Under the pieces are notes generated by a model that saw nothing but the letters and a program-made list of their open reading frames with translations, searched no databases and had not been told where the DNA came from. A DNA stretch of 64,000 bases from Candidatus Latescibacterota bacterium. GTDB taxonomy: Bacteria > Latescibacterota > UBA2968 > UBA8231. Positions within the stretch are counted from its first letter, which is position 1. Every line of letters starts with the position of its first letter. Below are positions 46,948-56,704 of this stretch, one piece after another. The stretch covers positions 160,001-224,000 of the forward strand of contig OZ220089.1 of assembly GCA_964291625.2 (NCBI GenBank), read 5' to 3'. The position numbers were made by a program, and so were the translations under genes.

Positions 46948-47919
46948 TCAGTGGACCTTCCGCGCCCGGTAGTCGGCCATGACCTGCTCGGTGCGGCGCA
47001 GGAGGTGCTCGTCCTTCTCGCCGCGCACGGCGGTGGGGTCCATGCCGGACCAGTCGTAGTAGCCCTTCCCCGACTTCAGTCCCGTCTCGCCGCGCTCGAC
47101 CATGGACCGGAGATAGGCCAGGGGCTGCTCCCAGCCGCCGAGGTGCTTCCACAGGTGGTCGGCGACGCGCACGTGCATCTCGAGGCCGTTGATGTCCCGC
47201 TGCTTGAGGGGGCCGGCTGTCGTGAACCGCGGCGCCAAGCCCAGCTCGACGGCGAGGTCGATCGACTCGGCGTCGGCCACGCCCGTGACCAGCAGGTTCA
47301 CGGCCTCGCAGATCACGGCGTGCTGGAGGCGGTTGCACAAGAAGCCGGGCACGTCCTTCTCCACGCGCAGGGGGATCTTGTCCAGCCGCCGCCAGATCTC
47401 GCAGGAGCGGTCCATGGCCGCGTCCGAGGTGTGCTGCCCGCGGATCACCTCGAGGACGGGGACGATGTGGGCGGGCTGGAAGAAGTGGGAGCCGCCGATG
47501 CGGTCCGGATTGGCCATGCGATCGCCGACCTGGGTGATGGGCAGGCCCGAGGTGTTGCTGGCCAGCACCGTGTCGCGGGGAGCGGCGGCGTCCATTCGCC
47601 GGAAGAGCTCCTGCTTGGCCTCGAGGTTCTCGGTGATCGACTCGACGACGAACTCCGCGGAACCGACGGCCTCCTCCAGCTCCGTGGCGGCGCGGACTCG
47701 GCCGGCCACGGCTTCGGCCGTCTCGCCCTTCAGCAGGTCGTGCCGCTGCAGGTCCTCGGCGCCCCTCCGGATGTTGTCCAGAGCCTGGTCCAGGGTCTCC
47801 TGCCGCCGGCTCATGATCACCGTCTCGCGGCTGCCGAGGGCCAGGACGAGGGCGATCTGGCTGCCCATCAGGCCGCCTCCGACGACGGCCGACTGCTCGA
47901 GAAAGAGATCGGGTGACAT
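46948..47919 (-). CDS. 3-hydroxyacyl-CoA dehydrogenase family protein
   Basis: VVGGGLMG, ENLEAK, ASNTSGL, HFFQP, GFLCNRLQ, GLKSGKGYY. Confidence 0.85.
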   Translation of the reverse strand: MSPDLFLEQSAVVGGGLMGSQIALVLALGSRETVIMSRRQETLDQALDNIRRGAEDLQRHDLLKGETAEAVAGRVRAATELEEAVGSAEFVVESITENLEAKQELFRRMDAAAPRDTVLASNTSGLPITQVGDRMANPDRIGGSHFFQPAHIVPVLEVIRGQHTSDAAMDRSCEIWRRLDKIPLRVEKDVPGFLCNRLQHAVICEAVNLLVTGVADAESIDLAVELGLAPRFTTAGPLKQRDINGLEMHVRVADHLWKHLGGWEQPLAYLRSMVERGETGLKSGKGYYDWSGMDPTAVRGEKDEHLLRRTEQVMADYRARKVH

Positions 47920-47953
47920 GCGTTGAGTCTTCTCCTGGTGGGTAGCGCGTTTC

Positions 47954-49273
47954 TCAGTATCCGGCGGCTGCAGCCTGGAGGGAGTCCTTCACCACCCGCA
48001 GCGAATCCCCGGCCGCCTCGAGCGTGCGGTCCACGTCGCCGGCGGTGTGGGCCAGCGACAGGTAGAGCTTGCCCCCGGGGGTGACGAGGACGCCGCGGCG
48101 GATCATCTCCACGCCGAAGCGCCGGGCGGCGTCGGCGTCGGCCTGGAGCCCGTCGGCGTGGTTGCGGATCGGCGCCTCGGTGAAGACCGGCTGCAACACC
48201 GGACCGTCGCCCATGACCTGGAAGGGAAGCCCGAGGCGCCGGCCGGTCTCCTCCAGGCCCTGGCGCAGGCGCTCCGAGGTCTCGTGGAGCCGGGTGTAGA
48301 CCCCCTCCTTCTCCAGCTCGTCCAGCGTCGCCAGCCCCGCCGCGCAGCCCACGGGATTGCCGTTCATGGTGCCGCTGGCGAAGACGTAGTCGCTCTCGGC
48401 CCTGCGGCGGGGGTCGGCCAGGGCCATCACCTCCTCGCGGCCGCAGACCGCGGCCAGGGGGTAACCGCCGCTGATCGTCTTGCCGTACACGGCCAGGTCC
48501 GGGACCACGCCGTAGCGCTCCTGGGCCCCGCCCCAGGCGAGGCGGAAGCCGGTGACGATCTCGTCGAAGACCAGCAACACCCCGTGGGTCCGCGTCACCT
48601 CCCGCAGCCTCTCCAGGAAGCCCGGCTCCGGGCGAAGAGCCCGCTGCAGGGGTTCGACGATGACCGCGGCGAGATCCCCCGCGTGCTCGGCCACGATGCG
48701 CTCCGCCGCCTCGGGGTCGTTGAAAGGGGAGACGAGGACGGTGCGCGCCGCGGCGCCGGGAATGCCCGAGGAGTCGGGGACCGGAGTCGGGTACTCCGCC
48801 GGGCCGGAGGGGGCCGCGCTCTGCATGGCGTAGTCGTGGGCCCCGTGCCAGCCCCCCTCGAACTTGAGGACCTTCTCCCGGCCGGTGAAGGCCCGGGCCA
48901 GGCGCAGGGCGGTGAAGGTGCCCTCGGTGCCGGAGCTGCCGTAGCGCAGCAGGCCGCCGCAGGGAACGGCCTCGGTCACGCGCCGGGCGAGGTGGAGGGC
49001 GGGCTCGTTGAGGCCGTAGAAGGTCGAGCCCAGCCCCGCCTGCTCGCGCACCGCGGCGACCACGGCGGGATGGGCGTGTCCGAGGATGAGGGGCCCCGAG
49101 CCGAGGACGTAGTCGACGTACTCCTTGCCGGCCACGTCCCAGATGCGGCTGCCCTCGCCGCGGTGGAAGACGGCGGCGACCTCGTCGGGGAGCCGGAACA
49201 TCCCGAAGCAGCCGCCCACGAGGACGCGTTCGGAGAGGTCGATCAGATTCTGCTGCCGTGCGGTTCGCTCCAT
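47954..49273 (-). CDS. Class III PLP aminotransferase (glutamate-1-semialdehyde aminomutase-like)
   Basis: GPLILGHAHP, SGTE, FDEIVTGFR, YGKTISGGYP, GTMNGNP. Confidence 0.85.
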   Translation of the reverse strand: MERTARQQNLIDLSERVLVGGCFGMFRLPDEVAAVFHRGEGSRIWDVAGKEYVDYVLGSGPLILGHAHPAVVAAVREQAGLGSTFYGLNEPALHLARRVTEAVPCGGLLRYGSSGTEGTFTALRLARAFTGREKVLKFEGGWHGAHDYAMQSAAPSGPAEYPTPVPDSSGIPGAAARTVLVSPFNDPEAAERIVAEHAGDLAAVIVEPLQRALRPEPGFLERLREVTRTHGVLLVFDEIVTGFRLAWGGAQERYGVVPDLAVYGKTISGGYPLAAVCGREEVMALADPRRRAESDYVFASGTMNGNPVGCAAGLATLDELEKEGVYTRLHETSERLRQGLEETGRRLGLPFQVMGDGPVLQPVFTEAPIRNHADGLQADADAARRFGVEMIRRGVLVTPGGKLYLSLAHTAGDVDRTLEAAGDSLRVVKDSLQAAAAGY

Positions 49274-49283
49274 CTGCGAAGAC

Positions 49284-49505
49284 TCAGTCGCGGCCCTCGG
49301 CCAGCAGGTCGCGGATCTGGACGAGAACCCCGACCGCGCCGAAGAACACCACGATGACCAGGACTCCTACCAGGGCGAGCAGACCTTCCGCCAGCCGTCC
49401 TTCGATGAAGGAATGGACCGCCCAGACCAGGGAGACTCCGAGGACAAGCCCCACGATGCCCTGGTTGATCTTTCCCAAGTGCTTCAGCACCGCTTTCCAC
49501 AGCAT
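49284..49505 (-). CDS. Small two-TM membrane protein
   Basis: 73 aa from ATG 49505, two hydrophobic helices, co-oriented with neighbours. Confidence 0.55.
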   Translation of the reverse strand: MLWKAVLKHLGKINQGIVGLVLGVSLVWAVHSFIEGRLAEGLLALVGVLVIVVFFGAVGVLVQIRDLLAEGRD

Positions 49506-49625
49506 CGGTGTCCCCCACGTGATGGGTGCGCGGATACTCTTGTCGGTGGACCGCCGCCTGCCCTTCAATGAGGCCCCCTCCTGGACTCCCGGTCAAGGCG
49601 CCGGGCGCGTCGCGGCTTCACATGC

Positions 49626-51105
49626 TCAGGAGTCGGCGAGGCCGAGTTCCACGAGGCGGTCCGGCTCGCCGAGGTAGAAGCCTTGTTGCAGGAGGTGGCG
49701 CTGAAGCCTCCTGACGTCGAGGTGGCGTGGGGCGACGCCATCCTGCACGGCCAAGGCGGCCGCGGCGCCGGCGGCCTCGCCCAGTTGCATGAGCGCCGGG
49801 CGAGCGCGGGTGGCGCCGGGGTCGTGGCCGCGGCGGATGTAGGCGGAGGCGCGGCCGGTGGCGAGGAGGCCGTCCATGCCCTTGGGCAGCAGCGAACGGT
49901 AAGGGGTATCGAAGCCGGATGCCTCGCCGCCGTAGTGGGGCTGCGCGGCGTGGGTGTTGCGGTAGAGGACGTCGTCGAACCTGGCGCCGTTGAAGGCGTC
50001 CTCCGGGGTGATGGTGTACTCGCCGTCGATATGCGGGCCACCCCGCGAGCCGAAGTACGGGGCGACGATGAGCAGGTAGGCGCGGTCGAAGCCAGGGACG
50101 TACCTGCGGAAGAACTGCGCCGTCTCGAAGACGTGCATGCGAATGGCCGTCTCGAGGCGGGCGTGCTGCTTCATGTCGTCGCGGCGGATGGCGCCGCCCA
50201 TGTTGATGCGGCTGCCGGCCAGCCCGCTCTCGAACGGACCTTTCCAGAGGTTCGGCGTGTTGATGTGGACGTGGGGCTCGACGGACTTGAGGAAGTAGTA
50301 CGCCGGTCTCCCAGGCACGCCGGAGCAGCGGGATCATGGGGTTCTCGAACGCCTGCCGGACAAAGGGAAACCGCTGGCGCTCGGCCAGCCACGCCTCGTC
50401 CTCGGCGGTGAGGGTGACCTCGGTGGCGAGGAACTGCTCGAAGCGGGGGAAGTCCACGTCGGCCATCACGAAGTAGATCGCCGTGTCGTTCCAGGGGACG
50501 AACTCGGGACGCATGAACTCCTGGCGCATGACGGGCGGCCAGGACGGGTCGGCAGGCATGTCGGTGATGACGGGGACTCCGGCGCGCCGGCACACGTCCG
50601 CGTCGGCGGAGGCGTCGATGACGACCCTGGCCTTGACGGCGACACGGCCGGACTTGCCTTCCACGAAGAGGCCGGTGACGCGGTCGTCCGCGATGATGGG
50701 GTCGCCGACCCACACGGGCACGAGGATCTCGACGCCGGCGTCGAGAGCCATCTCGGCCGCCAGGTGCGAGATGATGTTGGTCGTATCGGCGTAGCGGTGA
50801 CCGGTCTCGACGCGGAGCGCCTCCATCCGGTCGTTCAGCTCCCTGGGGATGCCGGCCAGCCCGCCCGGCAGCGTGACGGGGGCCTCGCCGGCGACACTGC
50901 CGCCGACGATCATCGCCGGGCCGAGGTTGCCGCCCAGAGAGGCGAAACGATCGAGGAGCAGGGTCTTCGCTCCGAGGCGGCCGGCCGCGATCGCCGAGAA
51001 CATGCCGGAGAGACCGCCGCCCACGACGGCCACGTCCACGTCGCAGGCGACGGGCACCTGCTTCCGTGGCTCGGCTACGTAACCCAGCGGCTCTTCCCTG
51101 GCCAT
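49626..51105 (-). CDS. FAD-dependent oxidoreductase (PF12831-like), frameshifted near 50301
   Basis: VDVAVVGGGLSG...LGGNLGP and IDASADADV in one frame. PYRSLLPKGMDGLLATGR...LGEAAGAAAALA in the 49626..50318 frame. Paralog of 17671-19132. Confidence 0.8.
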
Positions 51106-51109
51106 GGTG

Positions 51110-51937
51110 TCATCTCCTCGAGGGCTCGGGTTGTCCGGACATGGGGCCGACCGCTCGTCGACGGGCCGTGAGCCTCTGGATGAGCGGCCTGAGAAACACC
51201 GACTGCAGCATCGGATCGATCCATCGGTAGACTCGGCCCGACACGTACACGCACTTCCCCCTCTCGACGGCGGCCAATCCCTCCCGCACGACGACATCGG
51301 CGTCGTACCAGATGAACCCGGGAGAGGCGGCCTTCATCTCCTGCATTTCGGCCGCTTCGTGGAACTCCGTGTGCGTGAAGCCCGGGCACAGCGCGCAGAC
51401 GTTGACGCCTTGGGCCTTGCACGTCAGATGCAGCGCTTCCGACAGGGCGACGACATACGCCTTGGTGGGCCCGTAGTTGGTGTCCCGCGCCTGGGCGATG
51501 CGCCCCGCGACGGAGGCGACGTTGATGATGCGGCCGTAGCCGCGTTCGCACATGCCGGGCGCGAACAGATGGCAGAGGTGGGCCATCGACGTCATCATCA
51601 ACTGGAAGAACGACGCATGGGCGCCCCAGTCGCGATCCTCGATCAGTTCCGGCCCGGCGGAGCCGGCGTTGTTGACCAGGTAGTCGACTTCCAGCCCGAG
51701 TCCGGCGACGTGGTCGGCGATCATCCGCGGGGCTCGGATGTCCGCGAGGTCGGCGGCAACGACCTCGACCCGGACACCGTGGCCGTCGCCCAACTCCCGG
51801 GCCAGTTGCTCAAGGCGATCCCGGCGCCGGGCGACGGCAACGATGTCGTGGCCCTGCGCCGCCAGTTGACGTGCGAATTCCGCGCCGAGGCCAGCGGATG
51901 CCCCCGTGACGAGGGCGACGGGTCCGAGCCCGCTCAT
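51110..51937 (-). CDS. Short-chain dehydrogenase/reductase
   Basis: TGASAGLG, NNAG, YGPTK, CPGFTHTEF. Confidence 0.9.
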   Translation of the reverse strand: MSGLGPVALVTGASAGLGAEFARQLAAQGHDIVAVARRRDRLEQLARELGDGHGVRVEVVAADLADIRAPRMIADHVAGLGLEVDYLVNNAGSAGPELIEDRDWGAHASFFQLMMTSMAHLCHLFAPGMCERGYGRIINVASVAGRIAQARDTNYGPTKAYVVALSEALHLTCKAQGVNVCALCPGFTHTEFHEAAEMQEMKAASPGFIWYDADVVVREGLAAVERGKCVYVSGRVYRWIDPMLQSVFLRPLIQRLTARRRAVGPMSGQPEPSRR

Positions 51938-52018
51938 GCGATGGTCCGGGCGTAGGGGCGAGCGGTCTCGCCGGAGGTCATGCTGCGCCTCCTGGTGGAC
52001 GGCTTGCCCCGACCGTCC

Positions 52019-52252
52019 TCAGTTGTCGCCGTCCAGGAACCCGCCCACGCGCCCCAGGACCGAGCCCTCGCCCGTGCGCTGGCCGCCCGCGGACGGCGCG
52101 TTCTCGAGGATGCGGTCGGCCAGCCGCGAGAAGGGCAGGCTCTGCAGGTAGACGGTGCCGCTGCCCCGCAGGGTCGCCAGGAAGAGCCCCTCGCCGCCGA
52201 AGAACATCGACTTGAGGCCCTTCGTCATCTCGATCTCGTAGTCGATCTCTTC
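52019..52252 (-). pseudogene. C-terminal remnant of a TIGR00266/AIM24 family gene
   Basis: [46 protein letters not shown] is the family C-terminus. There is no room for the N-terminal part because the upstream gene ends at 52284. Confidence 0.7.
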
Positions 52253-52283
52253 GCAGCGCATCCGTTGCCTTGCTCGTGACGTG

Positions 52284-52985
52284 TCAGAGGGCCACGCGCA
52301 CGACCCATCCCGAGGTGGCGTCGCAGTAGGCGAGGTCCTCCCCTTCCCAGGCGGTCAGGCCGTGGGGCTGGGGCTCCTCGTCGGGCACGTCCACGCGGCC
52401 GAGTTCCTCGCCGCTCTCCACGTCCAGGTGCACGATGGCCCGGCGGCTGGTGTGCACGACCCACACGCCCTGGCCGGTCCGCACCACGCCGTGGGCCCTC
52501 TCGTACGGCAGGGGGATGGCGTGGACCACCCGCCAGTCGGCGATGCGCACCTTGCTCAGGGTCTGCTCGCGCAGGGTGGTGATCCACAGGTGGCCGGGTT
52601 CGACGTGGTCGTACTCGATGCCGTGGACGCCGCCGCCGCCGGGAACCGGCCGGCGCAGCTCGGTACGGCCGCTGGCCGGGTCGACCTTGAGGATCTCGCC
52701 GGCGCCGGGGGTGGCGTCGGTGGGGCGCACCCGGCGCCACAGGGAGCCGTCGCCGTTGGAGGCGATCCACAGGCCCCCCTCCCCCGCCGCCATGCCGCTG
52801 GTGTTGGAGCCGTCCGTGGGGATCTCCCGCGGGCGGAAGGTGACGCCGTAGTCGCCGGGAGGGGCGACCTCCACGAGGGCCAGGCGGTCGGAGATCTGGT
52901 CGGCGATCCACAGCCCGTCGCCGGTACGCTGCAGGGCGTTGGGTACGCCGTAGGGCGCACGGAAGAGCCGCTCGAAGCTGGCCAA
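52284..52985 (-). CDS. Hypothetical small beta-propeller protein
   Basis: 233 aa, TTG start. Repeated blade-like motifs PNAL, TSGM, VHGI, AHGV, PHGL, mostly followed by LW/VW. Confidence 0.6.
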   Translation of the reverse strand: MASFERLFRAPYGVPNALQRTGDGLWIADQISDRLALVEVAPPGDYGVTFRPREIPTDGSNTSGMAAGEGGLWIASNGDGSLWRRVRPTDATPGAGEILKVDPASGRTELRRPVPGGGGVHGIEYDHVEPGHLWITTLREQTLSKVRIADWRVVHAIPLPYERAHGVVRTGQGVWVVHTSRRAIVHLDVESGEELGRVDVPDEEPQPHGLTAWEGEDLAYCDATSGWVVRVAL

Positions 52986-53050
52986 GACTCAGCCCGGGAC
53001 CGCTCTCGGGCGGCAGGTCCGGACGCCCCGCCAGTCCCTTGGAGGCGTCA

Positions 53051-53632
53051 TCACCCCGTCCTCACCCGCAGGTTCCGGAACCAGCAGACGCCGCCGTGGT
53101 CCTGCAGGCCGACGTGGCCGAGGCGGGGCATCTCCTTCCAGGCGTAGCGGTACTTGTTCGGCGTGCCGTCGGGGCATCGCCCGGGGGTGCCGTAGTCGTC
53201 GACGTCGACGTCCCAGGCGTGCAGGCCGTTCTGCTCCAGCCGCATGCGCGGACCCCGGCAGGTGAGCAGCATGCGGTTCCACTCGCCGGCCGGCCGGGCC
53301 ACGTCCTGCTCCGGGGCGACCAGGTCGTAGAGGGCCCCCGAGGAGTGCCGGTCCTGCTCCTGGCCCCGGGTGTCGAGGATCTGGATCTCGAGACCCGTGT
53401 TGACCGGGTCCTGCAGGTCCGACCAGCGGAAGAAGACGCCGCTGTTGCACCGCGGCTCGGTGCGGTACTCCAGGGACAGCTCGAAGTCCTCGAACCGGTC
53501 CAGGGTGTAGAGGTAGCCGCCTCTCTCCGCCCGGCAGCGGATGCAGCCGCCGTCCACGTCCCAGCCGGCCGCGTCGCCGGTGGCCGCCCAGCCGCTCAGG
53601 TCGCGGCCGTTGAAGAGCTCTGTCCAGCTCAC
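53051..53632 (-). CDS. DUF1080 (3-keto-disaccharide hydrolase-like) protein
   Basis: WTELFNGRDLSGW, NSGVFFR, EIQILD, GALYD, GEWN, GHVGLQDHG...FRNL. Confidence 0.85.
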   Translation of the reverse strand: MSWTELFNGRDLSGWAATGDAAGWDVDGGCIRCRAERGGYLYTLDRFEDFELSLEYRTEPRCNSGVFFRWSDLQDPVNTGLEIQILDTRGQEQDRHSSGALYDLVAPEQDVARPAGEWNRMLLTCRGPRMRLEQNGLHAWDVDVDDYGTPGRCPDGTPNKYRYAWKEMPRLGHVGLQDHGGVCWFRNLRVRTG

Positions 53633-54618
53633 GCGACCTTCACCGGTGCGCCGGTGCGCGCCGACTCCCAGGCCGCCTCGGTCAGCTCGATCACCCGCAG
53701 GCCGCACTCGGGCGGCACTTGCACCTCGTCGCGGCCGAGGATGGCGTCGAAGAAGTTGCGGTCCGGGGACCCCGCTCCCGGCAGGCCGGTCGGCTCCCAG
53801 GCGTCGCCGTGGCCGGCCCTCTTCCAGGTCAGCCTGCCGTTGCGGATGTACACGGCGGCCTTCGAGCCCCAGATCGTGATGTCTTCCCAGATGCCGCCGG
53901 TTGGGGCGTTGCCGACGATCGACAGGTTGCCCAAGGCCCCGCCCCGGAAGCGGAGGGTCATGGCCGAGTTGATGTCCACCTCGGTGTCGAAGTTGTCCAT
54001 CCACGCCTGCACCTCCTCGACGGCGAGCCCGGTCATCCAGAGAACGACGTCGAGGAGGTGACTGCCCGAGTCGTTGAGCTGGCCGCCGCCCGACAGGGCC
54101 GGGTCCTGGCGCCACTGGCCCTGCTGGGCGCGGTACCAGCCCTGGTCCTGCAGGGCGGAGATGAACTGGACCTCGCCGAGGTCGCCGGCGCGGATCTGGT
54201 TGCGCACGAAGCGGTACACGGGCTCCAGGTGACGCTGGTAGGAGACCATCAGGACGCGCTCTGCCTCCCGGGCCCGGCGGATCACCCGGTGGGCGTGGTC
54301 GACGGTGCAGACCATCGGCTTCTCGGTGAGCACGTGGCAGCCCTTGTCGAGGCTGTCCATGATCTGCTGGAAGTGCAGCGTGTGGGGCGTGGAGATCTCG
54401 ACGGCGTCGAGCTCGACCGCGGCGAGCATCTCGCGGTGGTCGCCGAAAGTCCTGACGTGTCGGGCCCCCTCGTTGCGCTCCAGGGCCCGGTCGAGGCTGC
54501 CCTGGCTGGGGTCGCAGAGGGCCGCCACCTCGGCCTCGGGGATCTGCAGCACCTGTCCAATGTGCCCCGAGGCATTGCCGCCGCAGCCGATGAATCCGAC
54601 CCGGATCCGTCCCGCCAT
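53629..54618 (-). CDS. Gfo/Idh/MocA family oxidoreductase
   Basis: GFIGCG, STPHTLH, HVLTEKPM, SGGGQLNDSGSH. Confidence 0.9.
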   Translation of the reverse strand: MAGRIRVGFIGCGGNASGHIGQVLQIPEAEVAALCDPSQGSLDRALERNEGARHVRTFGDHREMLAAVELDAVEISTPHTLHFQQIMDSLDKGCHVLTEKPMVCTVDHAHRVIRRAREAERVLMVSYQRHLEPVYRFVRNQIRAGDLGEVQFISALQDQGWYRAQQGQWRQDPALSGGGQLNDSGSHLLDVVLWMTGLAVEEVQAWMDNFDTEVDINSAMTLRFRGGALGNLSIVGNAPTGGIWEDITIWGSKAAVYIRNGRLTWKRAGHGDAWEPTGLPGAGSPDRNFFDAILGRDEVQVPPECGLRVIELTEAAWESARTGAPVKVA

Positions 54619-54670
54619 GGTCCGCTTCCTTTCAGCCCGGCCACCGACGCGGCGGCCTTTGGCGGGCGCC

Positions 54671-54699
54671 AATATACCCGGGGCCCCGCGCTCTCTCAA
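54671..54699 (-). promoter_or_regulatory. Sigma70 promoter for the Gfo-DUF1080 unit
   Basis: Minus strand TTGAGA-N17-TATATT. Confidence 0.6.
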
Positions 54700-54709
54700 C
54701 CGGCCGGAG

Positions 54710-56704
<1,995 letters not shown>

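Noticed and set aside
47954-49273. Calling the aminotransferase hemL
   Set aside because: Lacks the N-terminal PGGVNSPVR motif and has no tetrapyrrole gene context, so it is left at family level
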